Of a stretch of 64,000 nt of DNA, positions 36,701 to 45,454 are shown in pieces; the first letter of the stretch is position 1; the number at the start of each line of letters is the position of its first letter. Below the pieces are notes generated by a model. The model made no database searches and had not been told where the DNA came from. It saw nothing but the letters and a program-made list of their open reading frames with translations. This stretch comes from an uncultured Carboxylicivirga sp. (GTDB lineage: Bacteria > Bacteroidota > Bacteroidia > Bacteroidales > Marinilabiliaceae), in contig OY771430.1 in NCBI GenBank assembly GCA_963674565.1, positions 3,032,879 to 3,096,878 on the forward strand, in the 5' to 3' direction. A program made the translations under genes and the position numbers.

Positions 36701-39397
36701 TGTAATCTTACTTCCACCTAACCATACTTCTCCGTAATCCCGTCCATTCTCACCATTACTCTTCCATGCAAACGAAAGACTTGCCGACTGTAGGGTTTCC
36801 AGATTTATATCTATGGCTAACTGGGCATTCCTAGTTCTGTTTTTTCTGTAACCAGGTGTTGTACCATCATTTGTTATATAAGCAGAATAAGTCCCTTCGT
36901 ATGGATCAACCAGCCCATTTTTAATCCATCGTGTATCAGTATTTGTTTGAGTAAGAACCCAACTTGCATCGCCACCACTTTCCCAATCCTCACTAAACAC
37001 CGGCACCTTAGCAGGTGTATTGGCACTTGATGTTACACCTGCAGAGTATATACCATTACGTGTTGACCATGCCTTATAATAATAGATTGTACCATATTTA
37101 AGTGGTTCATGATCATAAGTGGTTTCACTTCCATTACTAAGTATGGTTCCTCCTCCAACGATTTCATCACCAACTTCATATATGGTACCTTCTACAGGAT
37201 CACCAAACACCCCATCACTAGACCATGCAACCATTACATCATCTCCATACCCGCTTAAATCCCACGACAGATTATTTAGTAATACATTATTATTAGATGC
37301 TGTAAAATTATCCGGATCATCAATAGTGCCCGTGATATAAACATTGTCAACACAAAAACCCGGATTACCGTTATCACCAATGTCAATCCATTTGAAACGT
37401 AAAGTCCTGATGGAACCGACATAATTTCTTAAATCCAAAGTTTCTTCTCGCCAGGTTGTATTCCTATCCAAGTCATTACTCACCTGCCATCCATCAATAA
37501 AGACCTGTCCATATGAATCTCTACCATCACCATCGCATTTCCACCAGAAATTAACTGATGCAGTAGTGTAATTACGCAGGTCAACCTCTACATCAAGATA
37601 TGTAATAGCCCAATCTTCATCAAAATCAGTAGTAATACCTTTGGTAGTTGAAATATATGCAGATGAAGTTCCTTCATAAGAAGTTGCACTACCCACTACC
37701 CATTCGTCTAAATATCCGGCGTTATCAAAACTCCAGCTATTCCCTCCAGTTTCAAAATCTTCTGCATAAGGTAACGCAACAGGAACCTGAACTTCAGCTG
37801 TTAATGCACTTGAATATACTACTGTTCCGGAACTAACAGACCAAATAGAATAATTTAAACTACCTTCAAAAACACCCGTATGAGTGTATTCTGTGGCTGA
37901 TCCAACATAAATAACCTGTCCACCTTCTGAAAAATAATCCCCAGCTGTATATTCAGTTCCTCCTTCTGGTCGTCCAATGGCGCCATAAGGCGAATAGGCA
38001 ACAATCACATCATCATCATCTATACTCTTAGTCCACGATAAAGCAATTTCTGTGGCAGAGTTCGCAACGGCATTAAATACCTCAGGACGTGCCACCTCAC
38101 TACCTGTAATGCGCACTTCATCAATACACAAACCCGGATTGTCACCATCCTGCCAATCGTTCTCCCACCTGAAGGTTAAATTAAAGGTATTGCCAATTTG
38201 GTTCGTTAGATCCACTACCCTTTCAACCCATACATCCTGTCCGTAAAGAGATTTTGAATTTATAATATTGGTATTATTAATCCGTACACTTCCTCCATCA
38301 TATCCTCCTTCACCCGTTGCTTTCCAAAAGAATGACAGCTCTGCACTTTTATAATTAGATGGCAAGGTTACCTGTTTTGTTAAATCAATATTATTAGTTC
38401 GATTCACATTATAAGATGCTGTAGCACCATTATCTGTAGTAACATAAGCAGCATTACTTCCTGAATAGGAAACTGCTGAACCGATCCACCATTCAGTTCC
38501 ACTATTACCCGTTTCTAAAGACCAGCCATTGGTACCATTCTCAAAATCCTCGTACAATTCATCATTTGCACTTAAAGCTTTTACCCCAATCGACTCACTA
38601 AATGAATATTTTCGTCCCGATCCTGAACCAGAATATGACCAAATTCTGAAATACGACCATGTATTAGCATCTATTCCAGTTTGTTGATAAGTTTCTAAAT
38701 TTCCAATATATACAACCGTTGAACCATCATCCAATACATCGCTTACACTATACGAACCGTCATCTAATACTCCAGATAGTTCCGAATCTGCCATTGTAAT
38801 CAGTACATCACTGTTTCCATTTAAGTCCCAGGAGAGATCAACTGATGTGGATGTTAAATTAGAATAACTAAAATCCAGCACCCGACTCAGGCTACTTCCC
38901 ACAATACTAATATCATCCAGATACCAATTACGATTATTGTTGTTATTACCTGAATAGCTTATCTCGAATCGAATATTTATATCCTGCCCTACATAACTGC
39001 TAAGATTCACTTCCCGTATGGTGTTGCCGGTATTATCAACATTATCTAATCCATATGTTAAAAGGATATCATAATTAGAACCTCCATCTGCGGTAAGACT
39101 TACGGTACAAGTAACCCCCCAGGTATTATTATCTCTATATTCTTTGAAATAAAGATAGTTTTCAACATCTCTCAAAGTAACAGTTTGACTCTCAATGTAT
39201 TTTGTTCTATTATTTCTATTTACAGAACCTATAATATCCTGATTATTATAACTGAATCCTCCATTATCGGTCCATCTGGCAGTACTAATTGATCCGCTGG
39301 AGAAGTCATCTTCAAACAATTTAGACTGCGCTTTAACCAGAGAGAAAGATGAGACAATTAAAACTAAAATTAAATAATATATTCTATTCATAATCAA
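33734..39397 (-). CDS. Large T9SS-secreted protein, paralog of the 1949-aa protein, 1887 aa
   Basis: Signal peptide; three EDFE/EDWE repeats alternating with FN3-like units; a GEVED-like VWIDWDGD...GATRMRV...GESEDY segment; C-terminal LYNLNGQLI...QGVYIIKV...TQKIFV. Confidence 0.78.
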   Translation of the reverse strand: MIMNRIYYLILVLIVSSFSLVKAQSKLFEDDFSSGSISTARWTDNGGFSYNNQDIIGSVNRNNRTKYIESQTVTLRDVENYLYFKEYRDNNTWGVTCTVSLTADGGSNYDILLTYGLDNVDNTGNTIREVNLSSYVGQDINIRFEISYSGNNNNNRNWYLDDISIVGSSLSRVLDFSYSNLTSTSVDLSWDLNGNSDVLITMADSELSGVLDDGSYSVSDVLDDGSTVVYIGNLETYQQTGIDANTWSYFRIWSYSGSGSGRKYSFSESIGVKALSANDELYEDFENGTNGWSLETGNSGTEWWIGSAVSYSGSNAAYVTTDNGATASYNVNRTNNIDLTKQVTLPSNYKSAELSFFWKATGEGGYDGGSVRINNTNIINSKSLYGQDVWVERVVDLTNQIGNTFNLTFRWENDWQDGDNPGLCIDEVRITGSEVARPEVFNAVANSATEIALSWTKSIDDDDVIVAYSPYGAIGRPEGGTEYTAGDYFSEGGQVIYVGSATEYTHTGVFEGSLNYSIWSVSSGTVVYSSALTAEVQVPVALPYAEDFETGGNSWSFDNAGYLDEWVVGSATSYEGTSSAYISTTKGITTDFDEDWAITYLDVEVDLRNYTTASVNFWWKCDGDGRDSYGQVFIDGWQVSNDLDRNTTWREETLDLRNYVGSIRTLRFKWIDIGDNGNPGFCVDNVYITGTIDDPDNFTASNNNVLLNNLSWDLSGYGDDVMVAWSSDGVFGDPVEGTIYEVGDEIVGGGTILSNGSETTYDHEPLKYGTIYYYKAWSTRNGIYSAGVTSSANTPAKVPVFSEDWESGGDASWVLTQTNTDTRWIKNGLVDPYEGTYSAYITNDGTTPGYRKNRTRNAQLAIDINLETLQSASLSFAWKSNGENGRDYGEVWLGGSKITGSPQYSGETTWQTAVVDLSAYCGVVGDQTLEFRWVNDNNNNGNNPGFCIDNIEVGGIYAATSIVDNSNRLATSISSVLNDSGTGISVFEFDLTDKASLYSDITRIQQLVISKGAANEIDDWSDVLGGALLFGPDIDAAGIEGVITSGAITFTGTDFILLEQEGVAETYSLKVWLMPDINSLGVNDNDAFDFAVNSNNIVTGLGDDFVVDQLVESGAVTINVVATAIEIIQQPSEYATIGEALAVVPRISAVDANGNIDLDFGSAIDLVSNGSLIMSPTSVVASSGIATFSNLSFTGSDSETVYLTASYSDWDNVISEEINIQKYCVPILAGDANLYISNVIINTINNTSSYSSNGYGIYLDQEASLTVDVDYSISIGVYDADGNSNVTVWIDWDGDEVFEAGEEVYTGSVSRSGVTVLEGTVNVASNVNLQYGATRMRVQVIDGGNSNTACINSLATEGESEDYIVIISGEGWLGQTNVWSRTQNWSSGAIPDGGTDVYIPEHPYYNDVFPIISGTVSMNDLEIAENASLTISAGSKVNINGDVITNGGLVIKNTNVSPSSVITGGNVTGDVTVNWTYSSRRYWYIGHSVTGIDISDYDDAISGDNAYFLYNYIGSWNVLSDPYSFSDPMEGYSLIVKNEGTEFVHTGELNNNTSYSKTLSYGWQLMANPYPSYYQLTVEDDITGDFRNTKGSVYVRTGDDWNSRYLATYNVLTGITTPETFDGILAPGQSFWVEKAANGDVFMNADKRIHGSAALKSSYRNQNTLRINLQNEFTSSESVVALRDNGTFDFSKLDSKIRMESDNKLSYLYSLKSDNKAVINVLPTEFDSCAIQIGFKAFCDGEHVLSVGGISTFDAEKEIILEDKVKGQFVDLRLTNNYTFTTNKGLCDDRFILHLLIGSFDAEDEVPTSISNKNNDVSVSCIKGDIYIKCNWEEQSKGVSLYNLNGQLINSTSFTGTEHRMEWNKQGVYIIKVVGINQIHTQKIFVE

Positions 39398-40163
39398 TTA
39401 TTTTAGACTCTAATACAAACATTGTTGCCAACATTCGTGGATTTGTACGTAAAATCTGGATAAGGTTAATACAAATTGGATAAATGATACTTTTATCTTG
39501 ATTCATGTATACTTTTTGGTTACCAATCTCTAAAAACGATGTCGAGTCATTGTATTTTAACCCAACTAAAAAAGAATCATTCAATTTCAAAATGCGAAAT
39601 TATGATTTCTGTTTGAATTATTTAATGGATTTTGTCAATCTGTAATCAAAAAACGCAAGTCGTCCAATATTAAATCTTCAAATCATATAGATTAAACGCA
39701 TAAAAGTAAATGCCATTCCACTAAATAGTAAATTAATATTCTCCAGAACTTTCATACCATAACGATCTGATGAAGTTTTGTCACTTTCTGATGTAATAAT
39801 ACTCCAAATGGAATTGAAATGCTGTAACAGCCCTGTTGTTAGCATTCAACTACATTAATTTTGAGGATTACCGATGCAATATACATTCAATAAGAAAATA
39901 AACCTTTCAACATCAATGAATAGTAATATCAATAATTATTGAAAGTGATTTACTGCTCAGCCTTTAACAGCCAAGCCCTATTGTTAAGCCAAATCAAAAA
40001 CGCATATAAATTTAATTAACACATAATAAAACAAGTGCACCTATTAAATTACATTACAATATTTATATCTAATTAATTACTTATCTTTTTTACTGTTTAC
40101 TATTGATTTTAATATTTATAAACAATATCTTTTTTTTACTATTAACTTTTAAACCTAATTATC

Positions 40164-40874
40164 ATGATTAAAAACATTAAAATTTACCAGCTTCGCAACA
40201 ATGAATTTATCCAGTTCATCAAGGACACATTGCAACTTTTCGACGCTAACCAAACTATTAAAGAGAAAGTGAAAGAAAGACTAGAAGCGCTAATAAATGT
40301 GTTCAATCTAATACTTAGTAATTTCAAAGAGAATAAATCCAACACTATTACAGATGAACTGGTTGAAATTGATAACAAACGTGATGAAGCCTTAAATGGA
40401 ATTTCCAGACTATTGGAAGCCTATACTCACCATTACCATGCAGACAAAAGAGATAATGCCCGACTTCTATTGGAATCAATTAAAATACATGGAACAGGTT
40501 TAACTCGATTGAATTACATGGCTGAAACATCAGTTATCGACAGCCTTATCAGTAAATGGTACAGTGATAATAAAATGACTGAAGCACTGGACAAAATGAA
40601 TCTCAAGGAATGGGCAGAGGAGCTTAGTACCGAAAACACATTATTCAACCAAAAATACCTTGATCGTAATCAACAGGAAGCCAATGCTCCCGCCATACGT
40701 CTGGGAGAATCAAGAAAAAGCACAACAGAACTATACCATCAATTGATAGAACACACCAACGCTCATATTTTACTTAATGATGATGAGGTTTTTAATAATT
40801 TTACTAATGAAATCAACCGGTTAATCGACCAATACAACAAAATCATTGAAATGCGATCAAAAAGCAGTTCATAA
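40164..40874 (+). CDS. DUF6261-family helical protein
   Basis: LRNNEFIQF, TDELVEIDNKRD and LNYMAETSVIDSL match my recollection of this Bacteroidota family. Needs an HMM check. Confidence 0.65.
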   Translation: MIKNIKIYQLRNNEFIQFIKDTLQLFDANQTIKEKVKERLEALINVFNLILSNFKENKSNTITDELVEIDNKRDEALNGISRLLEAYTHHYHADKRDNARLLLESIKIHGTGLTRLNYMAETSVIDSLISKWYSDNKMTEALDKMNLKEWAEELSTENTLFNQKYLDRNQQEANAPAIRLGESRKSTTELYHQLIEHTNAHILLNDDEVFNNFTNEINRLIDQYNKIIEMRSKSSS

Positions 40875-41105
40875 TAATCTATAAATTAATTTGGGAGTTT
40901 TGTGGGTCTGCTATAGTGGCAGGCCTCTTTCTTTAAATACAGATAGCGTTCTGTATAAAATTGTCTTTCAATTAATCATTAAAAAGATATTACAAAATTC
41001 GTTACTACATAGGAAATAATAATGTAATATATAATAAAAAACATAGTTGTATATTAGACTAAGGAGCCATCTTCTACATCACAAAAATTTAGTGATCTAA
41101 TCGAA

Positions 41106-42206
41106 CTAAATTATCTCCACCTTCCTCAAAATCTTCCATTCCGCAACGCAACAAATAATTCCGGTAAGGGAAGGACATTTATCTTCTAAAACTCTTTCGA
41201 CATCCGAAGGACGTTTCAGATCACTAAATAACTCGACAGGGAAAGCGATATCACCCAGATCCATCTCTGTATCCACATTTCTAACACCAAATGTAAGAAG
41301 GGTTAATTCCTCAAAACCTGGCATAATCTGAGCTACTTCTTTTACAAAACTAAAGGCCCCGATACGATCTTCCGCAACAACAGGCACTACATGGAAAGCT
41401 CTTACAATCTCGGGAGATAGCAACTGACGAAACTCACGACTGGCAATGCTAAGAACCATCGAAACAACAATACCACCCGAAACAACGATCTCACCCGGTT
41501 TATATCTTTGGTAATTATAATGTATGGGATGCGTATTTTTAAAGTAAGTCGCCCAATACAGGTTCTCGCTTTTTCCTACAGGACGAACAAAAGGATGCAA
41601 CATAAGGTCACCAGGCTCAAAATCCTTAATCTTATTTTCGAGTTCTATCCCTCTTACTCTGGCTAAAATCTTTTCTTTAAAATGGTGATTCTTTAAATTA
41701 CTGTTTCCTTTAGCATTTTCATCGCCACAACCATCAATATAAGGGAAAAGGGTAACCCTTTCAAGCGAAAAGATACGTTCCCCTTTTTGGTTCGAAAGCA
41801 CGTGCTCAGAAATTATAATTGAATATCTGTTGTTTGACGTGGGTTCAACCGACTTTATAGTTATTTCACAGGTTAAAGTATCACCCGCAAAGGCAGGATT
41901 CAGATATAATGCATTTCGTATTTCAAGATGCAGTAAACTTGAATGGGCGAAATTTTCAACTCCCAAACTCAAGGTCAGGTTCAATAAAAAGCCATAAGGA
42001 AGATATAATTCATGAAAACCAAGGATTCCAGCAAATTCACGACTATTTTCAGTATAAGATGAAGTAGGCATAAAACCACTCCATAAACTATGAATAGATT
42101 CATCAGCCGTAATACTAAAATGACTAACTATCTCCTGACCAACAACAACTTTGTTAAGATCCAGCCCGTAATTGACTTTTTTATTAGGTTTGATATAATC
42201 CTGCAT
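41106..42206 (-). CDS. Double hot-dog (MaoC-like) hydratase, mesaconyl-CoA hydratase-like
   Basis: Two MaoC-like halves: PAFAGDTL in the first; KNTHPIHYN, VVSGGIVVS and HVVPVVAED in the second. Confidence 0.7.
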   Translation of the reverse strand: MQDYIKPNKKVNYGLDLNKVVVGQEIVSHFSITADESIHSLWSGFMPTSSYTENSREFAGILGFHELYLPYGFLLNLTLSLGVENFAHSSLLHLEIRNALYLNPAFAGDTLTCEITIKSVEPTSNNRYSIIISEHVLSNQKGERIFSLERVTLFPYIDGCGDENAKGNSNLKNHHFKEKILARVRGIELENKIKDFEPGDLMLHPFVRPVGKSENLYWATYFKNTHPIHYNYQRYKPGEIVVSGGIVVSMVLSIASREFRQLLSPEIVRAFHVVPVVAEDRIGAFSFVKEVAQIMPGFEELTLLTFGVRNVDTEMDLGDIAFPVELFSDLKRPSDVERVLEDKCPSLTGIICCVAEWKILRKVEII

Positions 42207-42419
42207 CTACATCTAGTTTGATAGAACAAAAATAGGCTAATTATAAATAAAACAAGCACCACTTAAGACCCAGACTATCTTAAAAATTCCTAATCCTTTC
42301 GATTTTTTAAGTTATAATCCATATTTACTTTCAGTTTCGAACATAAAAGCAAGACAAAATGCATATTTTTCAAATTACCCCCCTATATTTTTATACCTCC
42401 AAAGCAATATTTAACATTT

Positions 42420-43424
42420 TCACTCCCAAACTCCATCAATTCTATCTCCACAAATATGGCAACTTCCATCACTTCTTAAGTTAGCGATCCTTATGCCTCC
42501 ATCACGATTAATCATTTCTGTCTTGCAATTCGGACAAAAGGTTGAAGAAACATTCTGTTTGTGCACATTTCCTATATAAACATATTTCATGCCGACTTCT
42601 GCTGCTATTTGCCTGGCCTTCAAAAGAACCTCCAATGATGTCAAATTTAAATCTGAAAGATGATATGTTGGAACAAAACGGCTAAAATGAAGGGGCACCT
42701 GTCCAAAACCTTCTTTTACAAGCCATCTGCACATCTTTTCAATCATATTGACATCATCTGTCCATCCAGGTATAATCAAATTGGTTATTTCAAGCCAGGT
42801 ATCAGAATCATTAATCAACTGCAATGCTTTCAATACAGGCTTAAGTGATCCTCCATTTAATTTGTTATATATTTTATCATCAAAACACTTCAAATCAATA
42901 TTAGCTCCATCTATATATGGCAACAAATTATTCAAAGGTCTGGAGTTCATATAACCAGATGAAACCAAGACATTTTTTACTCCATGATCTTTTGCCTTTT
43001 CTGCAACATCCAACATAAATTCGTAAAAAACCACCGGATCAGTATAAGTATATGAGATACTCTCGCAATTTGTATCCAATACCATCTTGACGATCGATTC
43101 AGGTGCTAACTTTTGTGCACTATGCTCATCGACAGAATTTTGTGAAATTTGCCAGTTTTGACAATTCAAACAGGATAATACACAACCATTGGTACTGATT
43201 GAAAACGACTTGCTACCGGGCAGAAAGTGATAAAGTGGTTTTTTCTCAATAGGATCAACATGCATTGCAGAAACCATTCCATACGATAAAGAAAAAAGGG
43301 TTCCCTCTATATTTTGCCTTACCCGACATAATCCAATTTGACCTTCTTCCAAAACACATGTATGGGGACACAAAACACATTTAACCTTATTCAGTTTTGA
43401 TATATAAAAGCTAGCCTCTTTCAT
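42420..43424 (-). CDS. amrS: AmmeMemoRadiSam system radical SAM enzyme
   Basis: N-terminal CVLCPHTC...GLCRVR, DPIEKKPLYHF, radical SAM motif GCVLSCLNCQN, C-terminal TFCPNC...CHICG. Confidence 0.92.
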   Translation of the reverse strand: MKEASFYISKLNKVKCVLCPHTCVLEEGQIGLCRVRQNIEGTLFSLSYGMVSAMHVDPIEKKPLYHFLPGSKSFSISTNGCVLSCLNCQNWQISQNSVDEHSAQKLAPESIVKMVLDTNCESISYTYTDPVVFYEFMLDVAEKAKDHGVKNVLVSSGYMNSRPLNNLLPYIDGANIDLKCFDDKIYNKLNGGSLKPVLKALQLINDSDTWLEITNLIIPGWTDDVNMIEKMCRWLVKEGFGQVPLHFSRFVPTYHLSDLNLTSLEVLLKARQIAAEVGMKYVYIGNVHKQNVSSTFCPNCKTEMINRDGGIRIANLRSDGSCHICGDRIDGVWE

Positions 43425-43427
43425 TTT

Positions 43428-44849
43428 TTATGATAAATCATCATCAACCTCTGAAACAACTGTACACTCATAAATATACAGTTTTGCACTTTTTAATTCT
43501 TCACTTGTTAATCCAGCCTTATTTTTAGCACAGTATGAAACAAATTCTTCCTTAGTCCATCCATTGCGAACAGCCACTACAGGCAAGAAAGTTCCTGATT
43601 TAAATTCGTTGCAAACATAAATACCATGCCTTCCGATTTCTATTTCTTCAATTGAAGAAATTGGAATTAACGGTCCCAGCACTGATATCTCAAGAGTAAG
43701 CTCATCTAACTCATCTTTACAAACCTTTTCAAATCTGGAATCCCTACTGGCAGCATCAACAGCTAATCTTTGAACTAAATTCTTTAAGGGTTGATTCGGA
43801 CTAAATGTGCCAATACAACCTCGCAATTTGCCAAAAACATATACAGATACAAAGGCTCCTAAATATACATTCAAGGGATAATCCGGATATTCAATTTCTT
43901 CAGCATCTAAATGAAAGTAATTATACAATCCTTGCCGAGCATACGATAACAACTGTTTACGTGCATGGATTGAAAGATCAAAACCTTTTTTTTCAAAAAC
44001 AGCTATCGACTGATAACCCACCACCCGCGAATGGTCTCTCATTATTTTATCTCCTGAATTTTGATATAAGACAGGACGATATTTTAAACCATTTACATCC
44101 TCACTCAATGACTGAAATAATAAAACTGCTGTCCAACCGCATAAATTAGTTACAAGTCCCGGAACCAAACTATCCTTTTGATCAATTATAAATTTTCTTA
44201 AACCATCCGGAGAATTTTTCAAAATAGCTTCTGTTGTAACTGAATCAATCCGAACAGCATCATCATAATCAGGATAATGGGAAAAATCTGTACTGATTAT
44301 AAAAAGGTTGTCATTACTAAAAAGATATTTCAAAACATTTGCCACTTCTTCAATCACTTCTTCATCATCAGCTCCTACTATTATTGGAAGAATTTTAAAT
44401 TTATTATTTAATCTCCTTTGCAAAAAGGGCAATTGAACTTCCAAACAATGTTCCTTTTCATGTGCTTCAGGAAGATATCTTAGATACTTACAATTTTTTA
44501 TTAGTTGATTAGCCAAATCAACATCAACTTCAACCAATCCCAGGGGTGTTTCATAAGCCTCCTTCAAACAAACTGAAACACCTTTGAAACGATGATAATG
44601 ACTTGAACCGATAAGTATTATTCGCTTATACTTTGCATCCGGGTTGATTTGCACATATGCACTGGCAGCAACTTCTCCTGAATAAACATAACCGGCATGA
44701 GGAACAATCACAGCTCTTAATACTTCATCATGAGTCAACACATTGTTTACCTCCTGTAACAAAGAATCAACCGAATTACGCAATTCCACGGCATTATCAC
44801 TATAAAACATTCCACTAACGGAAGCCCTTCTAATATCAATCTTTTCCAT
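43428..44849 (-). CDS. amrB: AmmeMemoRadiSam protein B (MEMO1-like) fused to protein A (AMMECR1)
   Basis: N-terminal SVSGMFY, VPHAGYVYSG, EHCLEVQLPFL, STDFSHY (Memo). C-terminal GAFVS...LRGCIG...RF...EISVL...GRHGIY...GTFLP (AMMECR1). Confidence 0.9.
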   Translation of the reverse strand: MEKIDIRRASVSGMFYSDNAVELRNSVDSLLQEVNNVLTHDEVLRAVIVPHAGYVYSGEVAASAYVQINPDAKYKRIILIGSSHYHRFKGVSVCLKEAYETPLGLVEVDVDLANQLIKNCKYLRYLPEAHEKEHCLEVQLPFLQRRLNNKFKILPIIVGADDEEVIEEVANVLKYLFSNDNLFIISTDFSHYPDYDDAVRIDSVTTEAILKNSPDGLRKFIIDQKDSLVPGLVTNLCGWTAVLLFQSLSEDVNGLKYRPVLYQNSGDKIMRDHSRVVGYQSIAVFEKKGFDLSIHARKQLLSYARQGLYNYFHLDAEEIEYPDYPLNVYLGAFVSVYVFGKLRGCIGTFSPNQPLKNLVQRLAVDAASRDSRFEKVCKDELDELTLEISVLGPLIPISSIEEIEIGRHGIYVCNEFKSGTFLPVVAVRNGWTKEEFVSYCAKNKAGLTSEELKSAKLYIYECTVVSEVDDDLS

Positions 44850-45009
44850 AATAATGCAGACCTATCTTTATAAAGTTACGAAGAAAATTCACCAAATAAG
44901 ATTTTTTAACATCCCATAAAGTTATCCTGAATTCCAACCTGATATGAATAGTTGAAATGACACAACGCGATCTTAACAACAAAATCAAGTTCTTTTTTTT
45001 GCAACAGAA

Positions 45010-45040
45010 TTTGGAATAAAAAGAAAAGGATGTATCTTTG
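45010..45040 (+). promoter_or_regulatory. Promoter of the tRNA-Lys cluster
   Basis: TTTG (45010-45013), 19-nt spacer, TATCTTTG (45033-45040): a match to the Bacteroidota sigma-A consensus. Confidence 0.8.
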
Positions 45041-45063
45041 CACCGCAATTGAGAAAAACGGAT

Positions 45064-45136
45064 GATTCAGTAGCTCAGCTGGTAGAGCACATCCCTTTTA
45101 AGGATGGGGTCCTGGGTTCGAACCCCAGCTGAATCA
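45064..45136 (+). tRNA. tRNA-Lys(UUU), copy 1
   Basis: GATTCAGTAGCTCAGCTGGTAGAGCACATCCCTTTTAAGGATGGGGTCCTGGGTTCGAACCCCAGCTGAATCA. No encoded CCA. Confidence 0.96.
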
Positions 45137-45191
45137 CTAAACAAACAAGAGGCGATTAAGATAACTTTTTAGTCGCTTTTTTATCAGCGTT

Positions 45192-45264
45192 GATTCAGTA
45201 GCTCAGCTGGTAGAGCACATCCCTTTTAAGGATGGGGTCCTGGGTTCGAACCCCAGCTGAATCA
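45192..45264 (+). tRNA. tRNA-Lys(UUU), copy 2
   Basis: Identical to copy 1. Confidence 0.96.
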
Positions 45265-45318
45265 CAAAAAAACAAGAGGCGATTAAACACAGTTTTAGTC
45301 GCTTTTTTTATCAGCGTT

Positions 45319-45391
45319 GACTCAGTAGCTCAGCTGGTAGAGCACATCCCTTTTAAGGATGGGGTCCTGGGTTCGAGCCCCAGCTGAGTCA
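45319..45391 (+). tRNA. tRNA-Lys(UUU), copy 3
   Basis: Same body with a compensatory acceptor-stem change (GACTCAG/CTGAGTC) and a TTCGAGC T-loop. Confidence 0.96.
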
Positions 45392-45396
45392 CAAAC

Positions 45397-45434
45397 AAAA
45401 AAGAGATTATTCAAATTGAATAATCTCTTTTTTG
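45397..45434. terminator. Bidirectional terminator after the tRNA cluster
   Basis: AAAAAAAGAGATTATTCAA-A-TTGAATAATCTCTTTTTT. Confidence 0.8.
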
Positions 45435-45454
45435 TTTCTATAATAACTTAAACT

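Noticed and set aside
17783-38246. Short alternative-frame and antisense ORFs inside the three giant genes
   Set aside because: Shadow ORFs of long coding sequences with no motifs or independent expression signals.
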